Origin: an uncultured delta proteobacterium
GTDB lineage: Bacteria; Desulfobacterota; Desulfobacteria; Desulfobacterales; JAHEIW01
Reading direction: 5' to 3'
Length of the DNA stretch: 64,000 nt
Assembly (NCBI GenBank): GCA_963706575.1
Contig: CAVPNL010000008.1
Coordinates: 192,001-256,000, forward strand
A program made the position numbers and the translations under genes. Below, piece by piece: positions 21,192 through 31,809 of this stretch (within the stretch, counting starts at the first letter, position 1; every line of letters starts with the position of its first letter). The notes under the pieces are model-generated. The model searched no databases. It was not told the DNA's origin and worked only from the letters and a program-made list of their open reading frames with translations.

Positions 21192-23966
21192 CGGGTGAGG
21201 GCGGCTTCCAGGGTGATCGGCAGTGAAAATGAAAAAGTAGACCCTCTGCCGGGCGTACTATCAACCCATATTTTTCCATGGTGAAAGTCAATGATGCGTT
21301 TGCTGATGGTCAGGCCGATGCCGGTGCCGTAGGGCCGACCTCTGGCGGGTCTTTTACCTGTTGGAATTTTTCGAAAATTTTGATTTGGTGCTCGGGTTTT
21401 ATTCCGATGCCGTTGTCCTGGACATCAACCTGCACCTGTTTGGTATTGGCCGTCAATCGGATGGTTATTTTTCCGCGATCGGCGTCGCAAAATTTGGCGG
21501 CATTTGAAATCAGATTCACCAGGACCTGAACCAGGCGATCCCGGTCGCCGGATATCGGCGGTGGATGATCGTTCAGTTCACAACCAATGGTGATGTTTTT
21601 ATCCTCGACCAGCTGGCGGGTGCTGGCGACAGCGTCCTGGATAATTTCTTTGATATCGATCGAGGTGATGACCCAGTCCATCTGGGCCGATTCGATTTTC
21701 TCATAATCCAGTACCTGGTTGATCAGACGGGTTAAGCGTTCGCTTTCTTTAATGATGATTCCTGTAAAGCTCTTGTGCTGATCTGCATCGATGTCCGGAT
21801 TGGTATGTAAAATTTCAGCCAGCGAGCGGACCGATGTCAGCGGGGTTCGCAATTCGTGGGTGACGGTTGAGATAAATTCGTCTTTGAGACGATCCAGATC
21901 CTGCAGGCGGCGGTTGGCTTCCCGAAGTTCGGCGGTGGCGTTCTCCAGTTCCCGGCTGTAGGCAATCACCTGCCGGGTTTCATCGAGAATGTTCAACACT
22001 TCTTCGATGCCCAGAGATTCTTCTTTGACAACCGAAGCGACCATGACACGGGCGGATGCTGAACCAATGGCACCGGCCAGCAATCTTTCGGCATAGCTGA
22101 CCAGGTCGGCATCAGCGGTTACCAGGTAATTCCAGCTGAGTTTACGCTCGTCGGCGTAGTCGGCAAGGGCCATGTCCGTGCGGCGTTTGCCCAAAAACCG
22201 TATTAACAGAGATTTAAGGTCCGGCAGGTTGGCTGTACCGCGCCAGAAATGGGACTCGCCGGTTTTACCGGAATATCTGAAAACATCAACAAACAGGGCG
22301 GCCTGGGTATGGTCGATGGTGCGTGGACGGCTGAAAATAGATACACCGATATAAAAGCCGATATTGGCCAGCATACTCCAGAAAACCGAATGGGATATGC
22401 GGTTAAAGTGCTGCAATCCAAATAATTGAAATGGTTTGAGCAGTACGATGCTGAAGGGTCCCCTGGTTAACAAAATCCTGAGAGATGATGCCGGCCTGCT
22501 ACCAGCGACGGCAAAAAAAGGGTGTATATCCACACCGCGAATCCGGCCAGCAGGCCGCAGATTGCGCCGGTGCGAGTGCCGCCCTTCCAAAAAATGCCAC
22601 CCAGCATGGCCGGGGCAAACTGGGCCACCAGCGCAAAAGACATCAACCCGATTGACACCAGGGCATAGAATTCGCCAATGGTACGGAAATAGGCGTAACC
22701 CAGCAACAAGACTAAAATAATACTACCGCGGCGGATGGTCAGCAGCAGCCCGCTATAATCACGACGCAGCCCAAGCGTTTCAATGGGCAACCTTAACAAC
22801 ACCGGCATGACCAGATCGTTGCAGATCATCGTGCTCAGGGCAATGGTTTCGACGATGACCATGCCGGTTGCGGCCGACATGCCGCCGAGATAAACAAACA
22901 AAGCAATCAGTTGCTGGTGTTCGACCATCGGCAGCGTGAGGACAAAGGTGTCGGCATCGATACTGCCGTCCGGGAACCGCAACACGCCGCTGAACGCCAC
23001 CGGCAAGACAAAAATGTTGATGGCCAAAAGATAGAGCGGGAAAAGCCAGATCGCTTTGTTGAGGTGCTCTTCATTCACGTTTTCTACAACCGCGACCTGG
23101 AACTGACGGGGCAAAAAGATAATGGCCAGCATGGAAATCAATAAATAAATGCTCCAGTCCGCATAACTGATTCCCTGGTCTTTTATCAGCAGGTGTTTGT
23201 CAAAAATTACTGAGCTGAGGCTGCCGGAATCACCGCTAAGGGAATTTTTTACATCGGCATATTCGGCGACTTTTTGAAACAGATCGCCAAATCCGTTATG
23301 GATGACATAGGTGACAAAAAACCCGACGGTCAGGGTAGCAGCCAGCTTGACGATCGATTCAAAGGCGATGGCCGCCACCAGCCCCTCATGCCGTTCGGTT
23401 GCGTCCAGGTGACGGGTGCCAAAAAGAATGGCGAATATCGCCAGCAGCAGGGCGATATAAAAAGCGGTGTCGCCGATTATGGGGATCTCTGAATAGTGAA
23501 ATGAAACCGATATTTCAGGATACTGGTTGATCAGAAAAAATCCGGTTGAAATGGCTTTGAGCTGCAGTGCAATGTAAGGGATGATGCCGATCACCGCTAT
23601 GATGGTAACAATTCCGCCCAGGGTGGTACTCTTGCCGTAGCGGGAGGCAATAAAATCGGCGATGGAGGTGATGCGGTGAACCTTGCTGATGCGAATAATT
23701 TTTTGCCAGATCGACCAGCCCAACAGCGCCATCAAGGTCGGGCCGATGTAAATGGTTAAAAAACCCAGGCCGCTGCGGACCGCCAGGCCGACACTGCCGT
23801 AGAAAGTCCAGGCCGTGCAATACACGGCCAGAGAAAGGGCATAGATGTAAGGATTGCTGATGATACTGCGGCCGGCATCTGCGCGTTTATCACCGTAATA
23901 GGCGATGGCAAAAAGCAGGCCCATGTAGCCAAATGAAACAAAAAGTATGACCCCGGTTTCTAGCAT
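21188..23966 (-). CDS. Solute:sodium symporter-histidine kinase hybrid (CrbS-like), split by apparent frameshifts
   Basis: ORFs 22467-23966 ([16 protein letters not shown]) and 21310-22590 ([18 protein letters not shown]); the GTGIGL box is recovered in another frame near 21340 and ends at a TAA at 21188. Confidence 0.8.
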
Positions 23967-23969
23967 CGG

Positions 23970-24203
23970 CTATGGCCCTGTTTTATCAGCGGGTTTTGAA
24001 GATGAGCGCGGGCGGGTTTTGGTCGCGATGGCCGCCAGCAGTATTAAAAGCGTCCAACCGGTGAATACATAGAAAAAAAGCAGGGGTACACCGAATATCA
24101 TGGTTTTGAGGTTGAATAGCGATAGCAGGGGATAATTAAAAAGAACGCAACCCAGCAGAAATAAACCAACCAAACGTTTATTTTTTCTGGCTTTAGGCGT
24201 CAT
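23970..24203 (-). CDS. Small two-TM membrane protein accompanying the symporter-kinase
   Basis: 77 aa, LFNYPLLSLFN...FGVPLLFFYVF; GAGGAG RBS; ends 3 bp upstream of the symporter-kinase start. Confidence 0.75.
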   Translation of the reverse strand: MTPKARKNKRLVGLFLLGCVLFNYPLLSLFNLKTMIFGVPLLFFYVFTGWTLLILLAAIATKTRPRSSSKPADKTGP

Positions 24204-24664
24204 AAATTACTCCTCGATAAATGAGCTAAAATTAAAAATGATCTAAAATGCCTAAAATTATGGTTTCGTTCGCGCAGCACAGGCGCTCCTGCGGCGCCAG
24301 CGCGTGCGCGTCGTGTGCGCCGCGTGGCGATCCATCTTTAATAATAAATATGATAGAATTCCTCAATTTTAGGCATTTTAGGCACTTCTAATTTTGAGCA
24401 CCTGGGGAGCTTTTTTTCTGCCGTTGAAGATGAACTGCCAATTTTGAGATAAGTTCTTATATAAATTAACCGGACGAATGTGTCAATTCAGTCCTGAGGT
24501 TAAGGTGCCGTTACAGTTTTAAAATGCTCATTATAATTGGCACATTGAAAGAGTTATGGTACTGTAAACGCATAATTTCGATCAGCTGTTTCGCGTCGGG
24601 CAAAAGTGCTTAACGCTGATTGCGGCAGGCGAACGGATATAAAAGCCGCCGATCAGGAGCAGGT

Positions 24665-26995
24665 ATGCAAGATCAGGTATTCACATTTCTGGCCGATCAG
24701 GCGCCGTTTTCGATACTGCCAGAAGCGGAACTCAAACAACTCAGTGAAGGCGTATCCGCTGAAACTTATTCCAGCGGTCACAGCCTGTCCGTACAGGGTC
24801 GAACGAAACTGGATCACATATACCTTATAAAGGACGGGTTGCTGGAGCTTTTTTATGAAAGCGACGGCGAAAAAGAATTGAGCGGCACTTTGGGACCAGG
24901 CGAAATTTTCGGCGGCATTTCAATTTTAATGAATGCCGGCATATCGGTTCGGTCGGTCAAAATTGTCGAGGATGCCACCTTATATTTGCTGCCCAATAAT
25001 GTATTTCTGGATATCTGTACCCTGCATACGGATTTTTATGAGTATTTCGCCGAGAAGTTTCGCAATCGAATGATGAACAAATCTTACGCATCCGTGGTGG
25101 CTGCCGGCCAGGCGCTTCATTTTCTGCATGAACTGGCGCCTTTTTCATTTCTGCCTGAAGCCGATTTGGAAAAAATGGCGGCGGCCGTCTCTATTATCAA
25201 CTATCCCAAAGATACGATTTTGTTTGTGCAGGGTCACTCCAAAATCGATTATCTCTATATCATCCAGAAGGGGGCGGCCGAGCGCTATTTCGAGGAAAAA
25301 GACAAAAAAACCCTGCGCGGAATGATCGGAGAGGGTGATATGTACGGCGGCATTTCCATGCTGATGAACAATGGAATTGCCATCCGCTCATTAAGGGTTA
25401 CCGAGGATTCCTACTTCTATATTTTACCCAGAGAGATGTTTTTAGATGCCTGTGCTCGGTTTGATACGTTTTCCGACTTTTTCACCGACATTTTCGGTAA
25501 ACGGATGCTGGATCGGTCCTATGCCGAAATAATCGCCAGCAATCTCAGGCCTACGGAACGGAGGACCGAGTTTTTTAATTTGCCGGTTGAAACGATTTAC
25601 AACAAGGACCTGGTCTTTTGTGATCAGAATATGCCGATCCAGGCGGCAGCGTCGGTCATGAGCGAGCACAACACCAGTTCAATTTTTATTCGAGAACCCA
25701 GAGGAGAGTTTGTCGGGGTCGTAACCGATAATGATTTAAGAAAAAAAGTTACGGCCACCGGCTACGATATTTTAAGGCCGGTTTCCGATATCATGTCGTC
25801 ACCCCTGTCTATGATTTCCAAACAGGCCCTTATTTTCGAGGCCTTAATGGAAATGATGCAAAAAAATATCAAACACCTTGCGGTAACCGACAATGGCGAC
25901 AAGGTTGTTGGGGTGGTTACCAACCGGGATCTGCTGAAGGCGCAGGGACAGTCACCTTTTTTCGTCATCCGCGAGATTGCCCAGGCCAGATTTATCAACC
26001 AGATTGTGCAGATTCACAAGCAGGTCCCGCAATTGATTCAGACCCTGATCAACACCGGTGCGAAAGCCCGAAATGTGACCCGTTTTCTAACAACGGTTTC
26101 AGATGCCGTCCTGCAAAAAATCATTGGATTCACCCTTGACGAATTTGGCCCGCCACCGGTGAAATTTGTGTTTATGATATTGGGCAGCGAGGGCAGAAGG
26201 GAGCAAACCCTCAAAACCGACCAGGACAACGCCATTATATTTGAGGATGTGCCCGCTGATTCGCTTCAAAAAGTAACAAAATATTTTTTAAAATTCGGCG
26301 ATCGGGTCTGCAACTGGCTGGATGAAGCCGGTTATGCTTTTTGCAAAGGCGGGATTATGGCCAAAAATGCCAATTGGTGCCAGCCGCTGTCAACCTGGAA
26401 AGGCTATTTTAAACGCTGGATTCATACGGCTGAGCCGGAAGCGCTGCTGCGGGCCAGTATTTTCTTCGATTTCAGGGCGGGATACGGTGATGAAGACCTT
26501 ATTGCTCAGCTGCGCCAGTACCTGTTTGATTCACTGGCGGGGTGGCCGGGTTTTTTCCGCCACATGGCGGAAAATGCATTGTATTTTACACCACCGATTG
26601 GTTTTTTCCGAAATTTTGTGGTGGAGTCCAAAGGCGAGCACCGCGATGCCTTTGATATAAAAGCTGCCATGCAGCCAATTGTGGATTACGCCAGAATATA
26701 TGCCCTTAATAACCAGATCGACGAAACCAATACCCTGGAACGGATGAATCAACTGCTGACAATCAAAAAAATCAGCTGGCAAGAGCACAATGAGATCGAG
26801 ACGGCTTACAGCTATCTGATGCAGCAGCGGATGGTGCGCCAGGTAAAAGCCATGGTTGAGGAAAACGCCGCGCCCGACAATTACATCAACCCAAAAAAAT
26901 TATCACGCATCGAGCAGACCATGTTGAAAGAGATTTTCAAGCGCATCGAAAAATTCCAGGGTAAACTCAGTTTTGATTTTACCGGGATGACTTAA
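24665..26995 (+). CDS. cNMP-binding x2 / CBS / DUF294 nucleotidyltransferase signalling protein
   Basis: Two cNMP domains, CBS pair, GSEGRREQTLKTDQDNAI nucleotidyltransferase motif; ATG at 24665 follows CAGGAG. Confidence 0.88.
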   Translation: MQDQVFTFLADQAPFSILPEAELKQLSEGVSAETYSSGHSLSVQGRTKLDHIYLIKDGLLELFYESDGEKELSGTLGPGEIFGGISILMNAGISVRSVKIVEDATLYLLPNNVFLDICTLHTDFYEYFAEKFRNRMMNKSYASVVAAGQALHFLHELAPFSFLPEADLEKMAAAVSIINYPKDTILFVQGHSKIDYLYIIQKGAAERYFEEKDKKTLRGMIGEGDMYGGISMLMNNGIAIRSLRVTEDSYFYILPREMFLDACARFDTFSDFFTDIFGKRMLDRSYAEIIASNLRPTERRTEFFNLPVETIYNKDLVFCDQNMPIQAAASVMSEHNTSSIFIREPRGEFVGVVTDNDLRKKVTATGYDILRPVSDIMSSPLSMISKQALIFEALMEMMQKNIKHLAVTDNGDKVVGVVTNRDLLKAQGQSPFFVIREIAQARFINQIVQIHKQVPQLIQTLINTGAKARNVTRFLTTVSDAVLQKIIGFTLDEFGPPPVKFVFMILGSEGRREQTLKTDQDNAIIFEDVPADSLQKVTKYFLKFGDRVCNWLDEAGYAFCKGGIMAKNANWCQPLSTWKGYFKRWIHTAEPEALLRASIFFDFRAGYGDEDLIAQLRQYLFDSLAGWPGFFRHMAENALYFTPPIGFFRNFVVESKGEHRDAFDIKAAMQPIVDYARIYALNNQIDETNTLERMNQLLTIKKISWQEHNEIETAYSYLMQQRMVRQVKAMVEENAAPDNYINPKKLSRIEQTMLKEIFKRIEKFQGKLSFDFTGMT

Positions 26996-27108
26996 GACAA
27001 ACCACAAACCGGCATCATCTGTTTGACGAGCGCTATAACAGCTACCGCCATAACTGTATCCGCATTATCTCTCCATTCATGATTCCCTTCACCCCTCTGA
27101 AACCACTT

Positions 27109-27549
27109 TTATTCAAGTGCCCTGGAAATAAGTCGAACCTCACGTTCGATGTTGGATATCTGGTCTAATAGACCATCCGGCGGGTTATCACCCGAAAACT
27201 TGTGTTGGGTTATTTTGTATTGCAAATTCAGATATTGCTTATTGAGCTGAATAAATGCTTTATCACGATCTTCAGATATGCTTTGTGGTGCCTTTTGTTG
27301 AGCAAGGCTTCTTTTGGTTTTCTTTCTACGGCGAACGCTCAGCACGCCGATAACCCCCACCGCCAATAGGACCAGAATCGTGCTTTTTGGAATTAGAACG
27401 GAGGGATTGCTATGTGGTACTGCAAGATGTTGTTGCCGGTCATCGTCTGGAATTACTGGCTTTTTGCGTATCTCAAGAAATCCCAGAATCCCGCTCCCGA
27501 TGATCAGCACGCTGATTGATGCAATATATGCGAGGTTCTTTATTCTCAT
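27109..27549 (-). CDS. Membrane protein with an internal PEP-CTERM-like segment
   Basis: IPKSTILVLLAVGVIGVLSVRRRKK followed by ~70 more residues. Confidence 0.55.
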   Translation of the reverse strand: MRIKNLAYIASISVLIIGSGILGFLEIRKKPVIPDDDRQQHLAVPHSNPSVLIPKSTILVLLAVGVIGVLSVRRRKKTKRSLAQQKAPQSISEDRDKAFIQLNKQYLNLQYKITQHKFSGDNPPDGLLDQISNIEREVRLISRALE

Positions 27550-28234
27550 TTTAACAAGTTGCCGTTCGATGGGTTGTAAAGGTGGGTTTGCTGTGCCGGC
27601 ATCAATTCGATGCGCGTATTTTTTAAATTGGCCTTCGCGGATTGCCGGTACGCCAATAACACATGCAAAATTTGCGCCTTGCGTTTACCAATAATGCTTA
27701 CATTGACTATACGCCCTATAGGTGCGGTGCGACAGTGAAACAAAAATTAATAGGATGGTTTTTGCGCTAGTCAAATGATAAAGAAGTTATAATTTAGTGC
27801 AACCTGATGTGCAACAAAAAAATACACATCATACTGAAATAATTATAAATACAACTATAATGAATCGTGTAATCTTCATCGCTTGAGCCGTAATTTAGTC
27901 GATTGAAAGTGATTCATTTACTAGAAACTATCTCAATCTTCGGAGATCATCCGATCCGGCTAAGCGATTATCGGGACAAAGTCATTTACCTTGTGAAAAA
28001 TGAAAATGATTCTGCCAGTCCATGGCGGAAACCGACAGTTCATGTTACCAGGGGGATATTTCATGGCTGAAACGTCCCCCTTTGCTTATCAAGCTACGGC
28101 GCGGCAAGCAGGTCATGGGAGAGCCAAATGTGATGATGAAATAAAATAGTAAGTCAGTCGATTCATAAAAAAACGGATTTAGCTGTTGGCTGAATCCGTT
28201 TCGCATTTTACGATTTCAAGAGACCGGCAGACAA

Positions 28235-29566
28235 TTAAATCTTAGATAATACCTCCTCTAAAATGGCTATAGCCGTACCTACTTGTTCTTCTGTTATGAC
28301 CAGTGGAGGACAAAGGCGAACCGTATTCGTACCCAATCCACCTGTAGGAATTCCGCCACCTATAAGTAAACCCCGATCTTCGCATTCTGTAACCAATTTA
28401 AACGTACGATCCACAGCCGGCTTTCTGCTTGCTCTCGATTCAATAATTTCCATTCCCAGGAAAAGACCCTTGCCCCGGACGTCACCGATAATTTCGAATT
28501 TTGTCTGAAGCTCCTCGAGGCCCTTTTTCAAAAGTGCTCCCATTTTAGAGCTTTTCTCCAGCAGGTTTTCACTTTCAATCACATCTATATTCGCTAATGC
28601 TACTGCACATTGGAAGGAATCCCCCATGTGCGTAGCACCCTGATCGAAAGCATTGGCGACCGCTCTTTCGGCGATATCATCGGTTGTAATCACAGCGGCT
28701 GCGGGAACACCCTGACCGAGCGCTTTTGACGTGGTCAGGATATCCGGCACGATATCATAGTGTTCAAAGCCAAACCACTTTCCCGTTCGACCCATACCCG
28801 TGAGTGATTCATCAATGATCAGTAACATTTCTCTTTCGTAACAAATCTGTTGCAGGCGCCGAACCCATGCTGCAGGTGGGACGATTGTACCTCCAGCGCC
28901 CTGCATCATTTCGATCAGCATCGCTGCAGGCTGGCCGCAAGTCGTTCTATCGATAACGTCCTCGGCGTAGGAAAGACATGAGAGGTTGCATGGAAGCGTC
29001 TCGTTAAAAGCACACCGGTAGCAATACGGGGAAGGAATAAAAGCCGATCCGGGTAGAAGAGGCCCATAGCCGGAGCGAGCACCCCTGCTAAGGCTGGTAT
29101 AAGACTGGCTGCCTGCTGTTCTGCCGTGGTAACCTCTCAAAAGGGCGACCACTTCAAAGCGACCGGTATATTTTTTTGCAAGCCGCAGTGCAGCCTCGAC
29201 AGACTCAGACCCCGTGGACAGAAAAAAAGATTTCGTAAGTGGATCAGGAACAATTTCAGAAAGTTTTTTTGCCAGAAGCACACGTGGCATATTCAAAACC
29301 CTTATGCTATTTTGCATGAGCAACTCGATTTGCTCCCTTATTCGCTTAAGAACCACGGGATGACTGTGCCCGGCTACCATTGCCATTTGGCCTGATTCGA
29401 AGTCCAAATACTTCTTCCCCTCGACATCCCAGACTTCAACGCCTTTTCCTTTTTCCAGCACAATAGATCGGGTTTTCCTAACCTGAGTTCGATATTTACG
29501 ATCCAATTCAACCCAATAATCATTTTTCCTGGTTATCTCTTCTCGATTTAAGCGATCTTCTTGCAT
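28235..29566 (-). CDS. Class-III PLP-dependent aminotransferase
   Basis: STGSESVEAA, YHGRT, DESLTGMGRTG, TSKALGQG (PLP Lys), DVRGKGL. Confidence 0.92.
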   Translation of the reverse strand: MQEDRLNREEITRKNDYWVELDRKYRTQVRKTRSIVLEKGKGVEVWDVEGKKYLDFESGQMAMVAGHSHPVVLKRIREQIELLMQNSIRVLNMPRVLLAKKLSEIVPDPLTKSFFLSTGSESVEAALRLAKKYTGRFEVVALLRGYHGRTAGSQSYTSLSRGARSGYGPLLPGSAFIPSPYCYRCAFNETLPCNLSCLSYAEDVIDRTTCGQPAAMLIEMMQGAGGTIVPPAAWVRRLQQICYEREMLLIIDESLTGMGRTGKWFGFEHYDIVPDILTTSKALGQGVPAAAVITTDDIAERAVANAFDQGATHMGDSFQCAVALANIDVIESENLLEKSSKMGALLKKGLEELQTKFEIIGDVRGKGLFLGMEIIESRASRKPAVDRTFKLVTECEDRGLLIGGGIPTGGLGTNTVRLCPPLVITEEQVGTAIAILEEVLSKI

Positions 29567-29863
29567 ATTAATTTCTCCTCACGTTCAGAAATTTCATAAT
29601 TACTGCCTGAACGAAAAGCCACATTTTTTTTATGAAATATGGCTGCAAACGATGCTTTTTAAAAAGGAATAGCCATTTTGAACCAGGATTTTAATAACAT
29701 TCAGTAATCAGAACTTCAATTTTTTAATGATAAATGACCAAGAAATTTCAAATAAGGGAATTCATACCAACGCTATAATGAAAAATAGGGAAGTCGATTC
29801 TATTTATATGTTTTAGATTTTAATTGGGGTTCTGGTACACAGGCAGGTGTGCATTCAAAACAA

Positions 29864-29891
29864 AAAAGGCGTAACCTTAGTTACGCCTTTT
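29864..29891 (-). terminator. Intrinsic terminator following att copy 1
   Basis: aaaaggcgtaac-ctta-gttacgcctttt; U-tract on the minus strand. Confidence 0.75.
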
Positions 29892-29899
29892 GAAATAGG

Positions 29900-30030
29900 T
29901 GGTGCCGAAGGCCGGATTTATAAAATTTATAATGATATTAAATAGTTAATAAGCTCAAAGCTAGTTTAAGCGACATGAAGCTAGTTTTTGTACAGTCCTG
30001 GCTGCATATTCGCATATCATTTGCATATCA
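29900..30030 (-). repeat. att copy 1: tRNA-Leu 3' end plus conserved ~130 bp arm
   Basis: tggtgccgaaggccgga identical to 55167-55183, followed by ...aatagttaata...gctagtttaagcgacatgaagctagtttttgtacagtcctggctgcatattcgcatat. Confidence 0.9.
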
Positions 30031-30333
30031 ATTCTCATTTCTCTACTCATAAGCAGGCTCTTTTTTCCGATTGGATTTAGAAATCCATAAAAAACCCCAA
30101 TGTGCAATTAAGGCACCCATTAAAAGGCGCCTGTCCTTGCAAAAAGTTAAAGACTTGCTTATGCATTATATAATCGGATACTCCGAAAGCTATAGCAAGG
30201 TGTCTACAGTTTCGCATTTCCTATGAAAAGTAACTCCGACGTCGGCTCCCGAGGGTTATTTTCAGCGATATAAAAGAAAAATTTTTTAAGAGGCGCACCC
30301 AAAAATATACAACCATCCACAGGGGGAATCCTT

Positions 30334-31464
30334 ATGAACGAAGCAGAAAAAAATACCCAAGAAAAAACATACATAGGACCCGCAATTGACATAGCGATTC
30401 GGATAGGTGCCATAGCCCTTTTGATAGCACTTTGCTTCATTTTTTTAAGACCCTTTATCTCTCCGGTGATGTGGGGAATCATCCTTGCTATCACATTACA
30501 CCCCGCTTGCAGAAGACTCAGCGGCATATTGGGTGGCCGTGTTAAGTTGGCGTCTGCCATCATTACTGCAGTCATGCTGCTTGGTATCATCCTGCCCAGC
30601 ATCCAGATGGTAGACTCGCTTGTCGGTGGTACAAAATATATCAACGAGAGGATACAGCGCAGCGAAATAAAAGTGCCGCCTCCACCAGATAATATCGATA
30701 CGTGGCCCCTAATCGGCAAGTCATTGAAGAACGAGTGGCTTGAGGCTTCAGAAAACCTCAAAGCAACGCTGATCCGGTTTCAACCTCAGCTCAAAGCAAT
30801 GGGTTTATGGCTGCTGAAGTCGGCGATGGGCACCGCTCTGGGATTGCTCCAATTTGCACTTTCAATTGTCATTGCTGGAATCTTTATGGCTAATGCAAGG
30901 GAAAGTGGAAAAATGGCAAGAGACCTGTTTATGCGCTTGGCAGGAGACCGTGGCGTTAATTTTGCTGATATTGCGAACAAAACCGTGCACAATGTGGTCA
31001 AAGGGATTCTTGGTGTTGCCATTATTCAGTCATTGTTGGCAGGTACTGGGTTTTTCGTAGCCGGGGTACCGGCAGCTGGTCTTTGGGCTTTTCTCTGTCT
31101 GTTTTTGGCCATTATTCAAATCGGTATTTTTCCGGTTGTCATTCCGGTCATCATCTACATGTTCTCCAGTGCAGACACTTTTACTGCTGGATTGTTGACC
31201 GGCTGGCTCATTCTGGTGTCATTATTGGATAATTTTTTGAAGCCCATACTTTTAGGACGCGGTGCTCCGGTGCCTATGCTCGTCATTTTTCTGGGTGCGA
31301 TCGGAGGATTTATTTCAATGGGATTTATGGGTCTATTTGTTGGTGCCGTCATCTTATCCATAGGATTCAAACTCTTCAGGGTCTGGCTCGATGACATTTC
31401 GCAATCCAACACAAACGGCGGTCCTGATGACTTTTCCAGCGACAAGTCCAAAGCCGTAGGCTAA
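30334..31464 (+). CDS. AI-2E family transporter (YdiK/PerM-like)
   Basis: 376 aa, multiple TMs, DNFLKPILLGRG, GFMGLFVGAVIL. Confidence 0.9.
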   Translation: MNEAEKNTQEKTYIGPAIDIAIRIGAIALLIALCFIFLRPFISPVMWGIILAITLHPACRRLSGILGGRVKLASAIITAVMLLGIILPSIQMVDSLVGGTKYINERIQRSEIKVPPPPDNIDTWPLIGKSLKNEWLEASENLKATLIRFQPQLKAMGLWLLKSAMGTALGLLQFALSIVIAGIFMANARESGKMARDLFMRLAGDRGVNFADIANKTVHNVVKGILGVAIIQSLLAGTGFFVAGVPAAGLWAFLCLFLAIIQIGIFPVVIPVIIYMFSSADTFTAGLLTGWLILVSLLDNFLKPILLGRGAPVPMLVIFLGAIGGFISMGFMGLFVGAVILSIGFKLFRVWLDDISQSNTNGGPDDFSSDKSKAVG

Positions 31465-31809
31465 ATAATGTATTTCGAAACGCGCTCTATACTTCAAGTC
31501 TGCGGGAGTTCAGAAATACTTGTCGCCAAAAAATCACCGTGGTTTAGGGTTCTTTTGCTCAATATGGTAATACAGCTATTAATCCGTGGTTTTAGACAAC
31601 ATGAAATTTGAAGATTGGCAGATGCAATCGTCAAAGGCGTGAATGATTTAATTTCGGCCATGTTTACACAATCAATGGTGAGGCTGAAAGCATTTCATTT
31701 CGCTTACCAATACACATGGCAAACCATTAACGCTGTGTGAGAATCTGTGTGAGAAAAGTGTTTTAAAATTTGCGTAAATCCGAACAAATCAAAATGGTTG
31801 CCTGCTTTT

